64,000 bases of DNA from Gammaproteobacteria bacterium (GTDB taxonomy: Bacteria; Pseudomonadota; Gammaproteobacteria; Poriferisulfidales; GCA-002705445): the NCBI GenBank assembly GCA_045561235.1, contig JBJKYB010000001.1:10566-74565 (forward strand). The letters run 5' to 3'. The notes beneath the pieces were generated by a model. That model searched no databases, was not told the DNA's origin, and worked only from the letters and a program-made list of their open reading frames with translations. Below are positions 58,141-64,000 of the stretch, piece after piece. Position 1 is the first letter of the stretch, and each line of letters starts with the position of its first letter. A program made the position numbers and the translations under genes.

Positions 58141-59274
58141 ATGAAAGAATTTGATTACTGTTTTATTTACTTTAATGGTAGAAAAGATAAATTGAATGAC
58201 AAGAAGCAAAGACCTGACGAATTCTACTATGGGTATCATTATGTTAAATCTAGAGGTTACGATGTAAAGATTTTAGAATTTGGAACTAAGGATTCTTTTA
58301 ACTATCTTCAATCAAAGCTGTTAGTACTAATTCAGTATGTAGTTCTTAAATTATTTAAGTTTCAGTATGATTTTGCTGGAATTATTAAACCAAATAATTG
58401 GAAAACACTTAAAAATTCTAAAAACATTATTCTTACTAACAACAGAATTGCACATTCCATATTGCCTTTTTTAATTTACTCTAAATTTTCTAAATTCAAA
58501 CCGAAATTTACTGTTATTGCAATGGGTATGTTTAACAGCTCTTCAAATAAGAATTACATCCTAAAAGTACATCATTTTCTGCATAAGTTAATGATTAGAA
58601 ATATAGATAGGTTGGTTTTCATTGGCGAACCAGAATATAGTTACGCAATAAAAAAATATCCAGAATTTAAAAATAAAATTCAATTTATTCCTTTTGGTGT
58701 TGATACAGAATTTTGGAAGAAACAAAAAAATAATTTTGAAAAAAATGGTTATATATTATTTATTGGAAATGATTCAAAAAGAGATTTTGATTTTTTAAAA
58801 ACCTTAATTTACAAATTTGACAATATAGAATTTGTTGTAGTTACTGAAAATTCTAACTTTCAAAATATAAGGAATAGTAATGTCACTGTTATTAAAGGGT
58901 CGTGGAACAAAGATTTAATTGACGATATTTATTTAAGAAACTTATATACGAATGCAAAGATGACAATTATACCCTTGCAAGAAACATTACAACCATCTGG
59001 ACAGAGTGTAGCGCTTCAATCTATGTCTACTGAAACACCTGTTATTATTACAAAAACTCAAGGATTTTGGAAAGAGGATGACTTTAAACATCTTAAAAAT
59101 ATTTACTTCGTAAAAAACAATAACTTAAAAGAATGGGGAGATGCAATAAATTTTATTTTTGAAAATGAAGAATTAGTAAATAAAATTACCAAAAATGGAA
59201 GAAAACTTGTGTCTGGTAAATATAGCTCAAAGAGTTTTAATAATAAACTATTTACCTTGGATAAACTAGATTGA
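58141..59274 (+). CDS. GT4 family glycosyltransferase
   Basis: PFGVDTEFW, GND..RD, PSGQSVALQSMS..PVI. Confidence 0.82.
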   Translation: MKEFDYCFIYFNGRKDKLNDKKQRPDEFYYGYHYVKSRGYDVKILEFGTKDSFNYLQSKLLVLIQYVVLKLFKFQYDFAGIIKPNNWKTLKNSKNIILTNNRIAHSILPFLIYSKFSKFKPKFTVIAMGMFNSSSNKNYILKVHHFLHKLMIRNIDRLVFIGEPEYSYAIKKYPEFKNKIQFIPFGVDTEFWKKQKNNFEKNGYILFIGNDSKRDFDFLKTLIYKFDNIEFVVVTENSNFQNIRNSNVTVIKGSWNKDLIDDIYLRNLYTNAKMTIIPLQETLQPSGQSVALQSMSTETPVIITKTQGFWKEDDFKHLKNIYFVKNNNLKEWGDAINFIFENEELVNKITKNGRKLVSGKYSSKSFNNKLFTLDKLD

Positions 59275-60071
59275 AAATTTCAATAATTACAACAATGACT
59301 AATCCAGAGGAAAGAAAAGATCCTTGGCAAGAGGCTCTAAGTTGCTACGAAGATTTTTCTGATGAAGTAATAATTACTGGAAAAGATTGGCCAATTGAAT
59401 TCTCTTGGGAACAAATTGGACAGTATTTTCAAGAAGGATTTGACAAAGCATCTTCTGACTGGGTTTTAAGAATGGACTTAGATTATTTCTTTCATGAAAA
59501 AGATTTTCAAAAAATAAAAAATTTTCTAATAGAAAATAAAAAATCTCCAGTTGTTTCATTTCCTCAATATCAGATTTTTACTTCTGACAGATATCAAGTA
59601 AAAACTAAATTGTGTAATGCATTCAATAAAAAGTACTTTCCAAATATCTTTCTTAATGGTGGTGGAGATTTGTGCCAACCAACACTAAATGAACTCCAAT
59701 TATTACATAAAGATTATCCAACAATAAATACACCTTTATATCAGTATGACTCAATCCTGAGAACCAAGGAAATTATCGCTAATGATAGAGCTAGGTTTGC
59801 AAGAGCCTGGTATAGATACTTTAATAATTATGGTGATAGGGGTGGTTCTCAACCGGAGGAAGCATTTGAAGCATGGTTTCAAATGATAATTCAGAGGTAT
59901 AAATTTCATGTAAATAAATTGAAAATAGAAGATCATCCAAAATATATTAAAGAAACCTTATTATCTCTAGATGAGAATCAATTTGGATATTCAGCTTTTG
60001 GTCTTAAGGACAACATCAAACGAAATATTTTTCATAGATACGTTGGATATAAACAAAAATACCTGAGTTAG
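59271..60071 (+). CDS. Putative GT-A fold glycosyltransferase
   Basis: KISII, DEVII, WVLRMDLD, C-terminal HP; TTGA coupling. Confidence 0.6.
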   Translation: MKISIITTMTNPEERKDPWQEALSCYEDFSDEVIITGKDWPIEFSWEQIGQYFQEGFDKASSDWVLRMDLDYFFHEKDFQKIKNFLIENKKSPVVSFPQYQIFTSDRYQVKTKLCNAFNKKYFPNIFLNGGGDLCQPTLNELQLLHKDYPTINTPLYQYDSILRTKEIIANDRARFARAWYRYFNNYGDRGGSQPEEAFEAWFQMIIQRYKFHVNKLKIEDHPKYIKETLLSLDENQFGYSAFGLKDNIKRNIFHRYVGYKQKYLS

Positions 60072-60112
60072 ATAATAAAATTAATTTAATAATTAGTATG
60101 CTTTAATTACAT

Positions 60113-60832
60113 ATGAGTGAATTTTGGAGTAATAAAATTGAACCCGGATATTATGATCTTATACTGAAAAGTGGAATACTTTCAGATAAAAGTCCACAAG
60201 CAGCATGGCATAATAAAACTTTTACAAAAATATCTAATTTTATCAACGAGGAAGATTATTTACTAGATTTTGCTTGCGGCCCAGGCACTCTTACAGGTCA
60301 ATACTTAAATTTAAAAAAAAATCCAGTATGTGTTGATATTTCTGAAAAACAAATCAATTACGCAACAAAGACATACAAGGGAAAAGCAACATACATGACT
60401 CTTAATGAATTTGATTTTAATGATTACCACGATACTTTTGATACAGTTACTTGTTTAGGACTGTTTGAATTTATATCAAAAGAAGAAGGTATAAATTTAT
60501 TAAATAATTTTTATAAAATATTAAAACCAAATGGCAAGTTGTATTTAACAACTCCAAATTTTAAAACAAGTATGAGATTACTAGAGTTTTTTTTAAACAG
60601 ACTTGGATCATTAGATTATTCAAAAGAATATAAATCAAGATATACAAAAAAAACTTTTAATGAGCTAATTAAAAAGTCAACGTTTAAAATTGAAAATATA
60701 GAAAAATATATGACTCCGATGATATTTATGAGCATTTTTGGAAATCGGGCAGGTTTATTTTTGGATAATTATCTTGAGAAATTTTTTAGAAATCATTTGG
60801 GATATATTCTTTTTTTTGGGTTAAAAAAATGA
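60113..60832 (+). CDS. Class I SAM-dependent methyltransferase
   Basis: LLDFACGPG, VDIS, FDTV, LKPNG..TTPN. Confidence 0.88.
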   Translation: MSEFWSNKIEPGYYDLILKSGILSDKSPQAAWHNKTFTKISNFINEEDYLLDFACGPGTLTGQYLNLKKNPVCVDISEKQINYATKTYKGKATYMTLNEFDFNDYHDTFDTVTCLGLFEFISKEEGINLLNNFYKILKPNGKLYLTTPNFKTSMRLLEFFLNRLGSLDYSKEYKSRYTKKTFNELIKKSTFKIENIEKYMTPMIFMSIFGNRAGLFLDNYLEKFFRNHLGYILFFGLKK

Positions 60833-61620
60833 AAAAAGAGTTAAGTATTATATTGCCAACACTAAATGAATATGAAAACCTCAAAGTTTTAGTTCCTGAA
60901 CTCGAGAAAATTTTAGTGGAAGAAAAATTAGATAATTACGAAATTATTATCGTAGATGATGGCTCTATTGACAATACCGTTGGTTTAATTAATAACTTTA
61001 ATAAAACAAATTCAAATATTAAAATAATTTCTCGTAGTTCAAACCCTTCACTTCCTCTATCCATTTGGGAAGGGATTGATGTAGCAATATGTAAAAACGT
61101 CATGTGGCTAGATGCCGATGGCTCTATGCACAACAAAGCTGTAAAAGAATTAGTCATAAGTTATTTTGAAAATCAAAAAGTAATTATCGGTTCAAGATTT
61201 GTTGAAGGTGGGGGGTATAAAGGTGTTACTGAATTGAATAATAAGTCATTCCTAAAGGCAGCTTTTAATGTTAGTAAGTCTGAAGACTCTGTCCTCGGAA
61301 TGATTGTATCTATTATGTTTAATAAACTTTTAAATTTAATTTTGAAATCAGAAGTAAAAGATCTAACTAGTGGTTTTATAATTCTTAAAAAAAAATATTT
61401 ATCAAAATCTTTATTTGATGATTCAAATTATGGAGAGTATTTTTTGAACATTGTGACATTTTTAATGAAATCAAATATTCCTATAAAAGAAATTGGTTAT
61501 ATTTGTGATACTAGAAAGTATGGAAAATCAAAAACAGCTTCATCAATATTTCAATTAATATCAAGAGGAATTCCATATTTAACAACAGCATATAAATGCA
61601 GGGTAGAATTAAAACTATGA
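60829..61620 (+). CDS. GT2 polyprenol-phosphate sugar synthase (DPM1-like)
   Basis: SIILPTLNE.EN, VDDGS, DADGS, GSRFV.GG, DLTSGF, R.YG.SK. Confidence 0.88.
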   Translation: MKKELSIILPTLNEYENLKVLVPELEKILVEEKLDNYEIIIVDDGSIDNTVGLINNFNKTNSNIKIISRSSNPSLPLSIWEGIDVAICKNVMWLDADGSMHNKAVKELVISYFENQKVIIGSRFVEGGGYKGVTELNNKSFLKAAFNVSKSEDSVLGMIVSIMFNKLLNLILKSEVKDLTSGFIILKKKYLSKSLFDDSNYGEYFLNIVTFLMKSNIPIKEIGYICDTRKYGKSKTASSIFQLISRGIPYLTTAYKCRVELKL

Positions 61621-62009
61621 AAATATATGATTCAAATAATTTGCTTTTAGCACAAAAGATAATTCCATTTTCTACAGATTCTCAAAAGCAATTTTTTACA
61701 GAGGACTATTTAGATTTTCAAGTTGCATCTTTTTCTTTAGAAAAAGATAGTGTAATCGAACGTCATATACACAACAAACAAAATAGGATTATAGAAACTA
61801 CTTCTGAAGTTCTAATTTTATTAAGTGGAAGAATAGAAGTAGAAATATATGACAATAATTTAAAATTTATAGATAAATTTTTAATAATGCCCGGTGAAAT
61901 CATTGTTTTGTTTTCGGGAGGGCATTCATTAAAGATCATTGAAGAAGCTAAATTTATTGAAATAAAGCAGGGGCCTTTCGATGAAAACAATGATAAAAAA
62001 AGATTTTAA
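61617..62009 (+). CDS. Cupin-fold protein (WbuC-like)
   Basis: HIH...E...GGH...EIKQGP; ATGA coupling at 61617. Confidence 0.75.
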   Translation: MKIYDSNNLLLAQKIIPFSTDSQKQFFTEDYLDFQVASFSLEKDSVIERHIHNKQNRIIETTSEVLILLSGRIEVEIYDNNLKFIDKFLIMPGEIIVLFSGGHSLKIIEEAKFIEIKQGPFDENNDKKRF

Positions 62010-63136
62010 TGATTCGAGTATTTAAACCTTGGATTACGTTTACCAACTCTTTTGATGTATTTAAGGCAGCATTAAAAAAAGAAATTTCTGGATCAAGTAT
62101 TTATGTAAAAAAATTTGAAACTGAATTTTCCAAAAAACACAACAATATGTTTTCAGTTGCTGTTTCGAATGGTTCAGTCGCATTAGACCTAGTGTTAAAC
62201 AGTTTAGATTTAAACGAAGAGGATGAGATAATAATTCCATCCTTAACTATAATTTCTTGTTTAGCTTCTATATCAAGAACACCGGCAAAGCCAATATTTT
62301 GCGATGTAAACTTCGATTCATGGAATATGACACTTGATAACGTAAAGGAAAAAGTTACGAAAAATACAAAAGCAATTCTTGCTGTTCATACATATGGATT
62401 GCCATGTGATATTGAAAAAATTTCAGAATTCTGTACTGAAAATAGCATTACTTTAATTGAAGATTCGGCTGAAGCTCATGGAATTTTTGTCAATGATAAA
62501 CTTTGCGGCACATTTGGTGATTTTGCTACATTCAGCTTTTATGCAAATAAACATATCACTGCTGGAGAAGGGGGAATGATACTATCTAGAGATAAAGACA
62601 ACTATTCAAAATTTTTACAAATGAGAAATTTAGATTTTACAAAAATTAATCGTTTTAAAACAAATAATTTATATTGGAATTCTAGGCTAGGGGGCCTTCA
62701 AGCAGCTTTGGGCTACTCTCAAATAAAAAATAAAACCTATGAAAAAATTATCCTTAAAAAGAAAAAACAGGGATATTTTTATAATGAACTGTTAAGCAAA
62801 TATAGCGACTATTTTTATTTACCTTTAAAACAGGTAAACGATGTTAATAATAATTATTGGGTATATGGCCTAGTATTAAAAAGTCCTGGCTTAAGGGATA
62901 AGTTACTCGAATTATTGATGAATGATAACATTGAAAGTAGACCTTTTTTTTGGCCACTTCATCAACAACCATCTTATGAAAACAATTATGAGGAAATATT
63001 TCACCTTCCAAATTCAGAATATTTAGGTAAAAACGGATTTTATATTCCCTTAGGGTCGCATATGAGTAAAAAAAAGCAAAAGTATGTTGTAACTAGATTA
63101 GTTTTTAATATTGAAAAATTACTAGAAAATGACTGA
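62009..63136 (+). CDS. DegT/DnrJ family aminotransferase, probable GDP-perosamine synthase
   Basis: SNGSVAL, VHTYG, EDSAEAHG, FSFYANKHITAGEGG, RPFF; gmd in the same island. Confidence 0.85.
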   Translation: MIRVFKPWITFTNSFDVFKAALKKEISGSSIYVKKFETEFSKKHNNMFSVAVSNGSVALDLVLNSLDLNEEDEIIIPSLTIISCLASISRTPAKPIFCDVNFDSWNMTLDNVKEKVTKNTKAILAVHTYGLPCDIEKISEFCTENSITLIEDSAEAHGIFVNDKLCGTFGDFATFSFYANKHITAGEGGMILSRDKDNYSKFLQMRNLDFTKINRFKTNNLYWNSRLGGLQAALGYSQIKNKTYEKIILKKKKQGYFYNELLSKYSDYFYLPLKQVNDVNNNYWVYGLVLKSPGLRDKLLELLMNDNIESRPFFWPLHQQPSYENNYEEIFHLPNSEYLGKNGFYIPLGSHMSKKKQKYVVTRLVFNIEKLLEND

Positions 63137-64000
63137 TATTAAATTTAAACCGTACAAAGATATATATCTTTATTATTCTTTATTATTCGTTTTTTTTCTT
63201 TTTACAAATGTATCAATTTTTTCTATATACGCTTTTTTAATCATTGTTTTGTTAAATCATAATAGATTTCTTCCGTATGGTGGAATTTTTGTGTTTACGA
63301 CTATTACATTTTATATATTAAGGTTTTCAGCATCAATTTCAGATAAATTTAATGGATTGTGGAAAAGCTTATCTTTGAGCAACTATGCTTCGGATGAAAG
63401 ATTTTGGGATTTACAATTAAATTTAATTTCTATGAAATGCATAGTGGGTAATGTTGAAAATTATTACCTAAAGTTTTCAACAACTAGTTATAAATCATGT
63501 CCCTATTCAGCAAAGTATGGACCTTTATCAACAAAAATTCCTTACATCGGAGATATTTGGGTTGGTACTATAATATTTTCTTTTTTAGGAATAGCTTCAT
63601 TAATCTTCATATATTTTTTACTTATAAAAAGAGAGGCTGATAACAAACTATATTGTTCTATTCTTTTGTTAATTTCTCCAATAAATTTCGTTGTGGAGAG
63701 AATGAATATTGATTTGTTTATATTTTTATTTTTACTTCTTGCAATTATAAATTATTCGAAATATCCCAGACTCTCTATTTTGCTAGTTTTGTTTTTGTCT
63801 CTATATAAAATTCATCCTTTAGGAGTAATGATTGGTTTGCTATTTTATTCTTATTTTATTGATAACAAAAAAAATATTGATTACATAATAAATTCATTGG
63901 TTTCTTTTTTTACGATCTACTTTTTAGATGCAATCTTCTTTACGAGCACCCTTATTGATACAGAATGGAGACCTGCTGGTTTAGACATAACATTTGGAAT
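63129..64000 (+). CDS. GT87/GT-C-like membrane protein (runs off the window edge)
   Basis: Manual translation from ATG 63129: hydrophobic, FWDLQ, YGP, ERMNIDLFIF, YKIHP motifs. Confidence 0.6.
   Translation, partial: MTDIKFKPYKDIYLYYSLLFVFFLFTNVSIFSIYAFLIIVLLNHNRFLPYGGIFVFTTITFYILRFSASISDKFNGLWKSLSLSNYASDERFWDLQLNLISMKCIVGNVENYYLKFSTTSYKSCPYSAKYGPLSTKIPYIGDIWVGTIIFSFLGIASLIFIYFLLIKREADNKLYCSILLLISPINFVVERMNIDLFIFLFLLLAIINYSKYPRLSILLVLFLSLYKIHPLGVMIGLLFYSYFIDNKKNIDYIINSLVSFFTIYFLDAIFFTSTLIDTEWRPAGLDITFG

Noticed and set aside
1862-61990. Numerous 60-130 aa ORFs antisense or off-frame within longer genes (e.g. 1862-2164, 13394-13696, 14931-15272, 30994-31377, 46361-46663)
   Set aside because: Fully nested in well-supported CDSs and carry no recognisable motifs

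Overview
Very AT-rich, tightly packed bacterial DNA. Core genes (GlnR-type regulator divergent from a type II glutamine synthetase, MpaB/DUF2236 oxygenase, tRNAs, leaderless-type promoters) point to a streamlined low-GC actinobacterium, most plausibly Ca. Actinomarina-like (inference). Bases 1-15.8 kb hold housekeeping genes (selB, selA, mrp, erpA, glnR, glnII, argS), a few envelope glycosylation genes and four tRNAs (Arg-UCG, Lys-UUU, Asp-GUC, Phe-GAA). From tRNA-Phe to the window end is a large surface-glycan island of glycosyltransferases, GT-C-like membrane proteins, GtrA flippases, methyltransferases and sugar-nucleotide enzymes. Two things stand out. (1) The island begins as an integron-like array of integrase-free cassettes anchored on the tRNA-Phe 3' half. 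There is a perfect 45-bp att repeat around a 1269-bp one-gene element with paired ACTGTGCCA arm-type repeats at both ends. Further out are progressively decayed att copies, each carrying a conserved TAYAAT module directly upstream of a cargo gene. (2) An operon (araD, GtrA-Rpe fusion, nucleotidyltransferase-histidine phosphatase fusion, 2H phosphoesterase, NTP-transferase, GT2, GT-C, plus a divergent PLC/GDPD-like gene) looks like a self-contained pathway for adding a pentulose/pentose to the cell surface. All product calls come from motif reading, not database searches.
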